Program-made: the position numbers and the translations under genes
Shown here: piece after piece, positions 1 to 8,800 of the stretch
Layout: each line of letters opens with the position of its first letter
Numbering within the stretch: the first letter of the stretch is position 1
NCBI RefSeq assembly: GCF_001481685.1
Contig: NZ_CP006867.1
Coordinates: 630,001 to 662,000, forward strand
Direction of reading: 5' to 3'
DNA length: 32,000 nucleotides
DNA from: Ignicoccus islandicus DSM 13165
GTDB lineage: Archaea > Thermoproteota > Thermoprotei_A > Sulfolobales > Ignicoccaceae
Notes under the pieces: generated by a model
Told to the model about the DNA's origin: nothing
The model's database searches: none
What the model saw: only the letters and a program-made list of their open reading frames with translations

Positions 1-1
1 C

Positions 2-484
2 AGAGAAGTAAGCTTCTTCGAGTACCAAGGGGTACCTAAGGTATACTTTTGGAACGGGAAATACGAAGTGAGGGAGTATGTTGAAGGAAATATAATATCC
101 TTAGAGGACATCAATAAAGTAATAAATCTAGTTAAGTATCTTCATAGTAAATGTTGGAGAATAGGAGACACGAAATGGGACAATTTCCTTAAAATGGAAA
201 ATGGAAAAGTAATCTTAATAGATGCTGAACAAGCAGTAGTTGATTGTTCGCAGAAGAGCGTTATAGCTGACGCACTTGTAGGAAGCATCTTCTTGTACTA
301 TTCAAAGAGTGCCAGGGCTATAGATATAAGTAAGCTATTCTTTATTGAGATAATTAAGGGAAGGTGTAAGTCTATTATGAAATACCTCTTTCATCCCGGT
401 GTAGTACTTCTCGGTCTCTTAATACCGCAAACGTATTTCTCGGCACTCCTTCATTGTTTCGATGAACTTCGAGGTAAAAAGTGA
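2..484 (+). CDS. Protein-kinase-like fold protein, C-terminal part (5' end outside window)
   Basis: Frame is open from base 2 without a stop, so the listed start at 68 is probably internal. It encodes ...LHSKCWRIGDTKWDNFLKMENGKVILIDAEQA..., which resembles a kinase catalytic loop (GDxxxxN) followed by an IDxE metal-binding motif. Confidence 0.55.
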   Translation, partial: REVSFFEYQGVPKVYFWNGKYEVREYVEGNIISLEDINKVINLVKYLHSKCWRIGDTKWDNFLKMENGKVILIDAEQAVVDCSQKSVIADALVGSIFLYYSKSARAIDISKLFFIEIIKGRCKSIMKYLFHPGVVLLGLLIPQTYFSALLHCFDELRGKK

Positions 485-490
485 ATGCTT

Positions 491-850
491 GGGTGTGTCC
501 CCCGGGGCTCCTTACACTGGACGGGACGTTGGTGTTATTAAGGACTATCCGTACCGCGCTTCTCCTTCAGCCCCATAAGCTCCCGCGAACGTCCGCGGCC
601 GGGGTTAGGCTGCTCCCTTCCGGGCCTGACCTGGTTCCCCCGGTTAAGGCGGTTTACCCCCATCCTCCGATGGGGGCTCCGCCACCGCGGACCCCGCGGG
701 GCGGGGTTCATCGGAGTTTGACGCGGTACGGATAGTCCGCCAACGTCCCGTCCAGTGTAAGGTTACTGGTCCCCGCGTTTTCGCCCGTTTCGGGCCCCTT
801 ACGGGGGGAGGAGGGCGAGCCCTCCGACCCTACCCCCGGGTGTGGACCCC
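491..850 (-). ncRNA. ffs: Archaeal SRP RNA (7S RNA); approximate ends
   Basis: Minus strand carries the conserved SRP helix 8 sequence GGTCAGGCCCGGAAGGGAGCAGCC. Perfect long-range complementarity 510-532 (ccttacactggacgggacgttgg) with 740-762 (ccaacgtcccgtccagtgtaagg), plus 542-558 with 722-738, forms helix 5. GC-rich terminal segments (CCCGGGG/CCCCGGG) can close helix 1. Confidence 0.95.
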
Positions 851-852
851 CT

Positions 853-2355
853 TTAGCCACATATTCCACCCTCGCTTAAAGATGTTGGTGGTAACACGTT
901 AGGGAAACTTATTATGGCAGTGTTGGTTAGAACAGTGTTCACGAAACTAGAGGGTGAGTTCGGATCCAGTATGGCTATGTAGTTTCGTACTACTAGCTTT
1001 ATTGCAGAAACTGTATCGACAGAAGGTGTATACTCACAATTTATTCCGTGGTTGGTTGCCCACAATTCTATGTCGGTATTAGCTAACGATTCGAATCTCG
1101 ACTTTAGAGCCGATAGGTAAGCATTGTTAACTCTCTGGAGCTGAGGTATATAGAAGTTAATGCAATCTACAACTCTATATAATTTCTTGTAAATATTTTC
1201 TAAGTTAGTAGCAACTACTTGCAAGTATCGCATACCGTTGGGATAGTTCCTTAATGACGTGCTCGTAATATCTACATTGACGTTATTAAGTACTGATAAA
1301 CAACTTCTAATCACTGAGGAGGCAGTAGAAGTAGAGAGCTTCGAGAGAGGACCCAATAATGGAGATAGTAAATCGTTCGCGAGACTTCCAAGAACTCCTT
1401 GAAGGACGTTTTGGGTTACTATTAATCTAATTTCCCATGGCATTACGTTGGAAGAGTATTGGGAGTATATTTGATTATAGAGACTATATAGCTGCATCAT
1501 GTATGTATGTATTTGGATATAGTTAACTGGGCAACTTCCCCCCAACTGTTCAGAATAATAGTATAGGTAAGCATTCGATTTAGAAGGTACTTGAAAGCCT
1601 ACGAAAAGCGGACCGTACAATGTTGTTGCATTTAAATCCGTGAAGCATAGCTTGTATGTATTGTTTGAATAATCCGTGCTACACACAGTGAAACTATACC
1701 AAGCTGTTTCCGGAGCAGGAACAACACTTTCTATTAAACTAGTATTCAAGTTGTTAATCGCTGAAGGTGTGACCGAGGTTGCATTTAATATGACTAAAAG
1801 CTCTTTGTAATGAAGAAGTTGGGTTGTATTTGAGAGCTCTGCCATCATTTCGTTTGCCATGTAGTTCTGCAAATAGTTTTGAATATTGACAGAGGACTGA
1901 GAGAACTGATTGGAATACTCCCTAATGAGCTGTGCCCTAAGGGTTTGACCGTACATACCGTCGAGGTAACTAGCGGCGGCATTTGATGCCGAGATTAGGC
2001 CTTGGAGGTTAATTAGGTAATTAAGAACTAGCGGTTTCAAGCTATTGAATCCATTTACGTAGTTATTATACCAGGTACCGATCACGAGATTATATAAACG
2101 TCCTCCAGGTCTCAACAAGTCTAGAAGTTCGTTAATGTCTGGAGATATAGAGTCTAATGCTGGTTTTAGGGAAATTGCAGTCGAATAGAATTGTTCCCAC
2201 CTAACTTTAGTTTGACAGTAACTTTGTGCCAGCGAAAATAATACTCTCTCCTTTGAACTACTAATGATTAGAGGTGCTAGTGGGTTGTTTTGTGCATAGG
2301 CTATATACGTACTTAAGAATATCAATAACGAAAAGGCAATTAAAGTCTTGTTCAA
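853..2355 (-). CDS. Secreted protein of unknown function, 500 aa
   Basis: Long ORF with an N-terminal signal peptide (MNKTLIAFSLLIFLSTYIAYAQ), many NxS/T sequons and Ser/Asn/Tyr-rich composition. No family recognised. Confidence 0.8.
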   Translation of the reverse strand: MNKTLIAFSLLIFLSTYIAYAQNNPLAPLIISSSKERVLFSLAQSYCQTKVRWEQFYSTAISLKPALDSISPDINELLDLLRPGGRLYNLVIGTWYNNYVNGFNSLKPLVLNYLINLQGLISASNAAASYLDGMYGQTLRAQLIREYSNQFSQSSVNIQNYLQNYMANEMMAELSNTTQLLHYKELLVILNATSVTPSAINNLNTSLIESVVPAPETAWYSFTVCSTDYSNNTYKLCFTDLNATTLYGPLFVGFQVPSKSNAYLYYYSEQLGGSCPVNYIQIHTYMMQLYSLYNQIYSQYSSNVMPWEIRLIVTQNVLQGVLGSLANDLLSPLLGPLSKLSTSTASSVIRSCLSVLNNVNVDITSTSLRNYPNGMRYLQVVATNLENIYKKLYRVVDCINFYIPQLQRVNNAYLSALKSRFESLANTDIELWATNHGINCEYTPSVDTVSAIKLVVRNYIAILDPNSPSSFVNTVLTNTAIISFPNVLPPTSLSEGGICG

Positions 2356-2400
2356 TTATTAATCCCCTAACTACACCAATTGATTTAAGGAAAAATAGTT

Positions 2401-3423
2401 ATGGCAAGGAAGATGGAGGGTAGAACAGTTACTGAAATAAGGGAACCAATACCTCTCATTGGTTCGATTGCATTCGGAATAATAGACAGGGGAACTAACG
2501 TCCTTCAAGTGAGGGTTACTAGCGTTTGCGGCATGTGTTGTAAGTTTTGCAGCGTTGATGCTGGTCCGTGTTCTAAGAGCAGATGGAACGAGTTCGTTAT
2601 AACTGACATCGAATGGTTAAAGAGGTGGGTTTCTGAGGTAGTCAAGTTCAAAGGGGGTGACATCGAAATACTTTTAGATGGAATAGGGGATCCTTTAGAG
2701 CACCCCCAAATCACTGAAATAGTTTCCGGTCTTAGAGAGATTGAAGGAGTTAAATCGATCGCCTTGGAAACTCACGGCCTAAGGCTAAGTTTCGATCTGG
2801 TGGATGAACTAGCTCGAAGCGGGTTAGATAGAATAAATCTCAGCATTGAAACACTGAATCCCTCGAAAGCTAAGTTCCTAGCTGGCAGGGACGATTACGA
2901 CGTCTCGAAAGTTAAAGAAGTAATAGAATATACAGTCTCTAATACTCCTATAGATGTTCACCTAACACCAGTTCTTTTACCTGGCATTAATGAGAACGAC
3001 GTTATAGAAATATTGCTTTGGGGAAAGGAGATAGGTGTAGGAAAGAAGTGGCCACCATTCACTGTCCAGAAGTACGTGAGACATAAGAGAGGTAGGAAGG
3101 TCAAGGGAGTGAAGGAATGGGATTGGGACTATTTTTGGAAGTGGATAGATGAAACCGAACGCAAGTACGGTTTGAAATTGAAGTGGAGTATGGACGAATG
3201 GGGTATGCGTTACGCGCCTAAGTTACCGACGCTCTATGAGAAGGGATCTAGAGTGAAGGTCGAAATAGTGTCCAGAGGTCATATCAAGGGAGAATGGCTC
3301 GCAGTTCCGATACCGAACCGAAACGTTGTAATTACTTTAGTTGGTGTAGCCGGAGATATCGGGAAGAGGGTTACTGTTAGGATTATTAATAACAAAGACA
3401 ACATCTACTTGGCTACGCCGTAG
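2401..3423 (+). CDS. Radical SAM protein with C-terminal TRAM-like domain
   Basis: CGMCCKFC (CxxxCxxC) radical SAM cluster motif; GDIEILLDGIGDPLEHP; C-terminal GSRVKVEIVSRGHIKGEW...GDIGKRVTVRI resembles TRAM. Confidence 0.85.
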   Translation: MARKMEGRTVTEIREPIPLIGSIAFGIIDRGTNVLQVRVTSVCGMCCKFCSVDAGPCSKSRWNEFVITDIEWLKRWVSEVVKFKGGDIEILLDGIGDPLEHPQITEIVSGLREIEGVKSIALETHGLRLSFDLVDELARSGLDRINLSIETLNPSKAKFLAGRDDYDVSKVKEVIEYTVSNTPIDVHLTPVLLPGINENDVIEILLWGKEIGVGKKWPPFTVQKYVRHKRGRKVKGVKEWDWDYFWKWIDETERKYGLKLKWSMDEWGMRYAPKLPTLYEKGSRVKVEIVSRGHIKGEWLAVPIPNRNVVITLVGVAGDIGKRVTVRIINNKDNIYLATP

Positions 3424-4793
3424 TATTTCTCCATTTCCTTCAATATGGCTTTATGAAAACTCGAAGCTATAGATCTGGCAGCCCTATGGGTGGTAAAAAT
3501 CGTTAGGCTTAAATCGGAAGGTCCCTTAGTTACCAGCAACACTGGTTCGTTAGGTAGCTCCCTGAGGACGTTGCTAACGTACGTGGGTTCCTCGAGTCCT
3601 TTTCCAACTATTGAGACAGCAGAGACGTCTGGTTTAATATCTACTTCAACATCAATACCGTAGAGACCTAATGAGTTCTTAACTGCCTTGGCAACTATAT
3701 CTGTAAATCCCTTGTTAACTGCTATGGTTATGGAGGTTTCCGAAATTGGTTGTGATATAGCGTATATATTTGCACCAACCTTGGCACAAGCTTCCATTAC
3801 TTTCGCAGCTGTTCCTTTCATTTCAACCATTCCAACTCCCTTTACCGAAATTAGAGCCAAGTCGTTCATTACTGCGACTGCCTTAAGGTTTGGCCCTTGT
3901 TTCTTGTAAGAAATTAACGTAGATGAACCATGGGGATTATAGAGCGACAATATTCTGACATCAGTTGGTCTTCTTAATAGTGGTTCAAAGGTTTTGGGGT
4001 GAAGCCTCTTAGCACCCAGTCGGGCCAATTCGATGGCCTCATACAAGCTTAATTCGGGTATAGTTACGGCTTCCTTAAACTCTCTTGGATTGGCAGTCTT
4101 TATTCCATCAACGTCAGTGTAGAGCCTAACTTCATCAGCATTTAATGCGGCACCGAGTATTGTTGCCGTCAAATCGCTTCCACCTCTTCCTAGGTTCGTT
4201 ATAACACCTTCAATGTTGATCCCTAAAAACCCCGTAGCTACGGGAATTCTTCCCTCAGACAATATGGAGCCTAAGTTCTCTCTAACCTTTTCAAAGGTCA
4301 TATCGTAGAGAATTGTTACGTTCGGAGGTTCCCCCTCAACGTAAATTCCCAGTCTCTCAGGGAAGACGGGTTCGGCGTCTATGCCTACGCTTTCTAATGC
4401 TGCAGCCATGAGGACTGACGATGACCTCTCACCAAAGGACAGTATGTAGTCTTTAGTTCTAGGTGTACTCTCCTTGAGTATTTCGAGGGCCCATAATACT
4501 TTGTTTAAATTATCGAACAACTCCCTCAATGACTCTTTCCACTTCTCATCAGCGTTAAGTTGATCTAACACTCTTTCATGGCGTCTTTGCAGAGCTCTTA
4601 AGTATTCTCTCCAACCTCTATGGGGATTCTCTGAAACCCTTAAAAGAGAGTCTGTTATGCCCTTCATTGCAGAGACAACGACTACGACTTCGTTCTCCGT
4701 ATCGTTTAAGAGTTCCTTAACTATTTGAGCAGCTTTTCTATACCCTTCTACATCCCGTAGAACGGAACCACCGAACTTGCTTACCACTCTCAC
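3405..4793 (-). CDS. lysC: Aspartate kinase
   Basis: KFGGSVL start, FGERSSS, VTNLGRGGSDLTATILGAALNADEVRLYTDVDGI, and C-terminal ACT-like repeats. Confidence 0.95.
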   Translation of the reverse strand: MRVVSKFGGSVLRDVEGYRKAAQIVKELLNDTENEVVVVVSAMKGITDSLLRVSENPHRGWREYLRALQRRHERVLDQLNADEKWKESLRELFDNLNKVLWALEILKESTPRTKDYILSFGERSSSVLMAAALESVGIDAEPVFPERLGIYVEGEPPNVTILYDMTFEKVRENLGSILSEGRIPVATGFLGINIEGVITNLGRGGSDLTATILGAALNADEVRLYTDVDGIKTANPREFKEAVTIPELSLYEAIELARLGAKRLHPKTFEPLLRRPTDVRILSLYNPHGSSTLISYKKQGPNLKAVAVMNDLALISVKGVGMVEMKGTAAKVMEACAKVGANIYAISQPISETSITIAVNKGFTDIVAKAVKNSLGLYGIDVEVDIKPDVSAVSIVGKGLEEPTYVSNVLRELPNEPVLLVTKGPSDLSLTIFTTHRAARSIASSFHKAILKEMEKYYGVAK

Positions 4794-4867
4794 GTCAGTG
4801 CCCGAGGGGCATAACTACTATAGCTAAAAAAGCCAAGTAGCAGTTGTAGTTTTCAATGGATTGAAAC

Positions 4868-5050
4868 TTAGCCTTGGAGCGCCCCTAGAGTTGCTTGCAA
4901 CGATTGGTTTACGTTGTCTAGCGTACTTGAAACTTTAAATACTAAATACAACCATCCAAGTACTGCTATGAAACTTAGTATGGATATAATAACTTCGAAG
5001 GTGCTCAGACCTAATATTAAACCCTTCATTTGACTCTTCAATACCTTCAC
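4868..5050 (-). CDS. Small single-TM hypothetical protein, 60 aa
   Basis: Short ORF with one hydrophobic segment (VIISILSFIAVLGWLYLVF). Plausible but unsupported by known homology. Confidence 0.45.
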   Translation of the reverse strand: MKVLKSQMKGLILGLSTFEVIISILSFIAVLGWLYLVFKVSSTLDNVNQSLQATLGALQG

Positions 5051-5114
5051 CCCATTGCTCTAATTGAAGTAAGAGTTATTAAGATTTTAAATTACGAGTA
5101 AGTAACTCTCATCG

Positions 5115-5196
5115 GAAGCCCTGCTTTGAGAACTCCGGTGAAGCCGGTGAAGCCGGTTAATGAGCCGGAGGGTCAGGGGCAGGGTACACCTTCCAC
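5115..5196 (+). ncRNA. Candidate H/ACA guide sRNA with K-turn
   Basis: Hand fold: lower stem GCCCTGC 5120-5126 / GCAGGGT 5181-5187; 5' guide UUUGAGAA 5127-5134; upper stem CUCCGG 5135-5140 / CCGGAG 5167-5172; K-turn U-GA / AAU-GA-G; C-stem AGCCGG 5144-5149 / CCGGUU 5155-5160; 3' guide GGUCAGGG 5173-5180; ACA box 5188-5190 directly after the lower stem. TATA-like TTTTAAAT at 5085-5092. Confidence 0.8.
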
Positions 5197-5252
5197 GACT
5201 TATTTAAACTGCTTAAACGTACTCAATATACCCGAATATATGGTAAGGAACG

Positions 5253-5813
5253 GTGGGTAAAGAAGCATACCTTGTGCTAAATTGGAATTCGGTACATTTG
5301 AACGCAATTAAACTTGCAGAGGCAATTAAGTCTTCCAAAGAATCATTTGATTACGTAATTGGTGTGGTGAGGGGAGGAAACGTAGTAGCATCTATTTTAT
5401 CTGATTTACTCAACACGGATCTGATAGCAATAAAACTGAAAGCGTACAAGGGAACGAAACTACAAGGCCAAGCAGTCTTATACGACGAACCCTGCGTTGA
5501 GTTGAGAGGTAAGAGAATACTGGTAGTAGATGACGTTTGCGATACGGGATCTACTTTCAAGGTTCTTTCAAGTTATTTGAAGCTCAGAGGAGTAGACGAG
5601 ATGAAGTTTGCAGTCCTTGTAAAAAAGAGAACATGTGATTTCAATATTAATTATTGGAGCCTGGAAGACGATAGATGGATACTATTTCCATGGGAGATTC
5701 TCGAAATTTATAATCAAGATCCTGAAGGGGTTAAAGAGGCGGTGAGAGAGGGTATGGATAATGAAGTGGCAACACGCATACTGGGGTTTATCGAAAGTAC
5801 CGGAAAGACTTGA
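5253..5813 (+). CDS. Phosphoribosyltransferase family protein
   Basis: VIGVVRGG...KRILVVDDVCDTGSTFKVL PRPP-binding motif. Confidence 0.9.
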   Translation: MGKEAYLVLNWNSVHLNAIKLAEAIKSSKESFDYVIGVVRGGNVVASILSDLLNTDLIAIKLKAYKGTKLQGQAVLYDEPCVELRGKRILVVDDVCDTGSTFKVLSSYLKLRGVDEMKFAVLVKKRTCDFNINYWSLEDDRWILFPWEILEIYNQDPEGVKEAVREGMDNEVATRILGFIESTGKT

Positions 5814-5826
5814 CCATGCATTCGGT

Positions 5827-6147
5827 ATGGATCCAACGAGATTGCGTCTCGCAGCCCTAATGGCATTCGAAGACTTCAAGTATGGATGCACAATTTCAAG
5901 GAATTTCCCCATAGAAGTCCTTCTCTATTATCATCTAACTACTCAGATCAGTAAGGCATTAGAGCTCTCTCGAAAGGAAATTGAAGGCGAGAAAACAGCC
6001 TACTTCGCTGATATAGAGATTCCCCCCGAAACGCTTTGGGTTACGGATCTAACACCAAATATATGTTTATACAAACTGGTTGAAAGAAGTTGGATCTCGA
6101 AGGCTATGCAAATAAGATACTATAAGAGAAAGAGGTGTAAGAAGTGA
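5827..6147 (+). CDS. Hypothetical protein, ~106 aa (128 aa if start at 5761)
   Basis: ORF continues into DUF711 with a 4-nt overlap. The ATG at 5827 sits 14 nt after the upstream stop, avoiding the 53-nt overlap of the listed start at 5761. Confidence 0.65.
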   Translation: MDPTRLRLAALMAFEDFKYGCTISRNFPIEVLLYYHLTTQISKALELSRKEIEGEKTAYFADIEIPPETLWVTDLTPNICLYKLVERSWISKAMQIRYYKRKRCKK

Positions 6148-7484
6148 TTCGGTTTAGTAGCGAAGAGATAGCTGAAGTAATAGAAATGTTACATTATCTA
6201 CATTTAGACATAAGGGCTGTTACGCTTTCACTGAACGTATTGCATTTAAGAGAATGGGAAGAAGTGATAGAATATATAGAAAAGTGGGGCCTTAAACTAC
6301 GAGAAGCAGTTACTGATGTTGTCAATAAGCACGGGGTTCCCATAGTAACTTCAAGAATAGCGTTACCTCCCGTGCAATTTCTCCTTAAAAAGGATCACAG
6401 GAGCGAAGACTTAGTCAAACTGGCTCTAGAACTGGATAAAGTTGCTAGAAAAGTAGGAATTGATGCAATTGGAGGCTTCGGTGCTTTCGTTAACGTTTCT
6501 ATAGACGACAATGGGAGGAAGGTTATAGATGCTATATCTGAGGTACTAAGCAGAACGCAAACGATTTTCTCTTTCATAAATGTAGGTAGTACTATTGATG
6601 GACTCAACTTAGACGCAATCTATGAGCTTGCTGACGTGATATTAGATACGGCAAGTAAAACTAAAGGTCATGGAAATGCTAGGTTCCTCGTGAGCGTTAA
6701 CTTGCCTGGAGACGTACCGTTCATGCCGGGAGCTCATCATGGGTTTGGGAGACCTATGGCAGAGGTAAACGTGGCAGTTTCCGGCCCCGGTGTAGTAGAA
6801 GCCGCCATTAGGAGATCGAAAGTAAACTCATTCCGAGAACTCCACGAGACAATAAAGAAGGTAGCTTTTAAAATATCGAGACTAGGTGAATTCACTGCTA
6901 GGGAAGTTGCGAAGAGATTATCTGTAGAGCCAGGCTCGGTCGATTTAAGTTTAGCTCCAACTCCTAAAGTAGGAGATAGCGTAGCGCGAATCGTTGAAGC
7001 TATGGGAATACCAGTTTTCGGTTCACCGGGAACTTTAACTGCCTTAGCTATTATGGTAGACGCTCTAAAGAAAGGAGGTAGTATGGCAGTTTCCAGATTC
7101 GGTGGATTCTCCGGTTTATTTATACCACTGAGCGAAGACGCGGGAATGATGGAAGCTGCCCAAAAGGGGATGATAGATATATATAAGTTGATTGCATATA
7201 CTGCAGTATGTTCGTCAGGTCTAGATATGGTTCCGATTCCATTTGTATCAAGGGAAACATTGGCCTCTATAATAGCAGATCAATTAACTATAGGAGTGAT
7301 ACACCAGAAGCCTTTAGGCGTCAGACTGTTGCCTGTACCAAACTCTAAGCCCGGGGACGTCGTGGACTTAGGAGGACTACTAGGAAAAGGTGTAGTAATA
7401 AATGTAGAGGACTTATCTCCAAATACCTTCGTGAAACTTAAGGGTCATTTGCCACCACCTATATTAAGACTTCAAATGGGTTAG
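6144..7484 (+). CDS. DUF711 / UPF0210 family protein
   Basis: 446 aa with FGAFVNVSIDD, GHGNARFLVSVNLPGDVPFMPGAHH, SRFGGFSGLFIPLSEDAGMMEAA, MVPIPF, characteristic of UPF0210. Confidence 0.85.
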   Translation: MIRFSSEEIAEVIEMLHYLHLDIRAVTLSLNVLHLREWEEVIEYIEKWGLKLREAVTDVVNKHGVPIVTSRIALPPVQFLLKKDHRSEDLVKLALELDKVARKVGIDAIGGFGAFVNVSIDDNGRKVIDAISEVLSRTQTIFSFINVGSTIDGLNLDAIYELADVILDTASKTKGHGNARFLVSVNLPGDVPFMPGAHHGFGRPMAEVNVAVSGPGVVEAAIRRSKVNSFRELHETIKKVAFKISRLGEFTAREVAKRLSVEPGSVDLSLAPTPKVGDSVARIVEAMGIPVFGSPGTLTALAIMVDALKKGGSMAVSRFGGFSGLFIPLSEDAGMMEAAQKGMIDIYKLIAYTAVCSSGLDMVPIPFVSRETLASIIADQLTIGVIHQKPLGVRLLPVPNSKPGDVVDLGGLLGKGVVINVEDLSPNTFVKLKGHLPPPILRLQMG

Positions 7485-8743
7485 AGATATTTTCTCGGAT
7501 CAGCTATTTTACCTTCGACTGCTGAAGCAGCCACCGTTGCTGGACTTGCTAAATAGACCTTGCTCTCTGGGTGACCCATTCTTCCCTTAAAGTTCCTATT
7601 GCTTGAAGATATAGCGACTTCGCCAGGTCCTAAGACACCCAGATGACCCCCTAGGCATGGTCCGCAAGTACTATGTGCCACGAAACATCCAGCGTCTACG
7701 AGGATATCAATGATTCCCTCTTTCAATAACTTCATGTACTGCTTGAGGGAAGCCGGGATAGCTATACATCTAACGCCATCTGCTATCTTCCTTCCTTTTA
7801 ATATCTTGGCTGCTTCTACGAAGTCTTCATACCTACCGTTAGTACAGCTTCCTATGAAGGCTTGATCTATAGGCGTTCCCTCTAATTCAGTAACCGGACG
7901 AACGTTGTCAACACTATGAGGTGCGGCGACTTGTGGTTCTAAATTAGAGACATCGAATTCCCATACGTCAGCATATTCCGCACCCTCATCAGGTCCAAAG
8001 GGCTTAATAGTAATACCTACTTCCTCGAAGAACCTTACGGTCGTCTCATCTGCGGGAACCATTCCTGCTTTGGCTCCCATTTCCACGCTCATATTAGCTA
8101 ACGTCATTCTGTCTGCGATATTCATTCTTCTAACAGTCTCTCCGTGATACTCGACTGCTTTATAGGTAGCTCCATCGACCGTGACTGTTCCGATTATATG
8201 GAGTATAACGTCCTTCGCGTAAACTCCCTTCGGAAGAGTCCCATTTATATTTACTTTCACGCTCTCCGGGACCATGAACCACAGCCTGCCCGTAAGCCAA
8301 ACCATTGCCATATCGCTCGCTCCAATTCCCGTTGCGAACGCTCCTACAGCGCCCGAAGTAACGGTGTGCGAATCAGCTCCAACTATTAACATTCCGGGTC
8401 TAGCGTATCTCTCCTCAACTAAAACTTGGTGACAAATACCACCCCTTCCGACGTCGTGGAACTTCTTTATTCCTAGTTTCCTTGATACTCTTCTCATAAT
8501 TAGCTGAAGTTCGGCAGCTCTTATTTTATCAGCGGGGACGTGGTGATCGAAGATTATCGCTACTTTGTCTGGATCCCATACCTTTACTTCTCCTGCTATT
8601 TCTTTCACTACTTCTACGACATGGGGGCCTGTTAGATCGTGAACCATCGCGAGGTCTATATCTGCTTCAACTATATCACCGGGACTAACACTGCTTCGTT
8701 TACTTGCTCTACTTAGTATTTTCTCGGCCATCGTTTGAGGCAT
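7481..8743 (-). CDS. leuC: 3-isopropylmalate dehydratase / homoaconitase-type large subunit (copy 1)
   Basis: TMAEKIL, VGADSHTVTSGAVGAFATGIG, FIGSCTNGR, CGPCLGGHLGVLGPGEVAISSSNRNFKGRMG. Confidence 0.9.
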   Translation of the reverse strand: MPQTMAEKILSRASKRSSVSPGDIVEADIDLAMVHDLTGPHVVEVVKEIAGEVKVWDPDKVAIIFDHHVPADKIRAAELQLIMRRVSRKLGIKKFHDVGRGGICHQVLVEERYARPGMLIVGADSHTVTSGAVGAFATGIGASDMAMVWLTGRLWFMVPESVKVNINGTLPKGVYAKDVILHIIGTVTVDGATYKAVEYHGETVRRMNIADRMTLANMSVEMGAKAGMVPADETTVRFFEEVGITIKPFGPDEGAEYADVWEFDVSNLEPQVAAPHSVDNVRPVTELEGTPIDQAFIGSCTNGRYEDFVEAAKILKGRKIADGVRCIAIPASLKQYMKLLKEGIIDILVDAGCFVAHSTCGPCLGGHLGVLGPGEVAISSSNRNFKGRMGHPESKVYLASPATVAASAVEGKIADPRKYL

Positions 8744-8800
8744 GGTTGTCTAACCCTACCTTCGCCCTAGAAGCAACTCTTTAGTTTTATCCTTAACTAC

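Noticed and set aside
481-735. ORF 481..735 (+), 84 aa Pro/Arg-rich
   Set aside because: Antisense of the highly structured SRP RNA gene; composition is explained by the RNA sequence.
3688-3909. Antisense ORFs such as 3688..3909, 8144..8389, 20382..20645, 20793..20993, 21006..21317, 25031..25330 and 30774..31025
   Set aside because: All lie opposite confidently assigned genes, show no recognisable motifs and fit shadow ORFs.
5761-5826. Upstream start of the 128-aa ORF (5761)
   Set aside because: Would overlap the PRT gene by 53 nt in another frame; the internal ATG at 5827 is more parsimonious.
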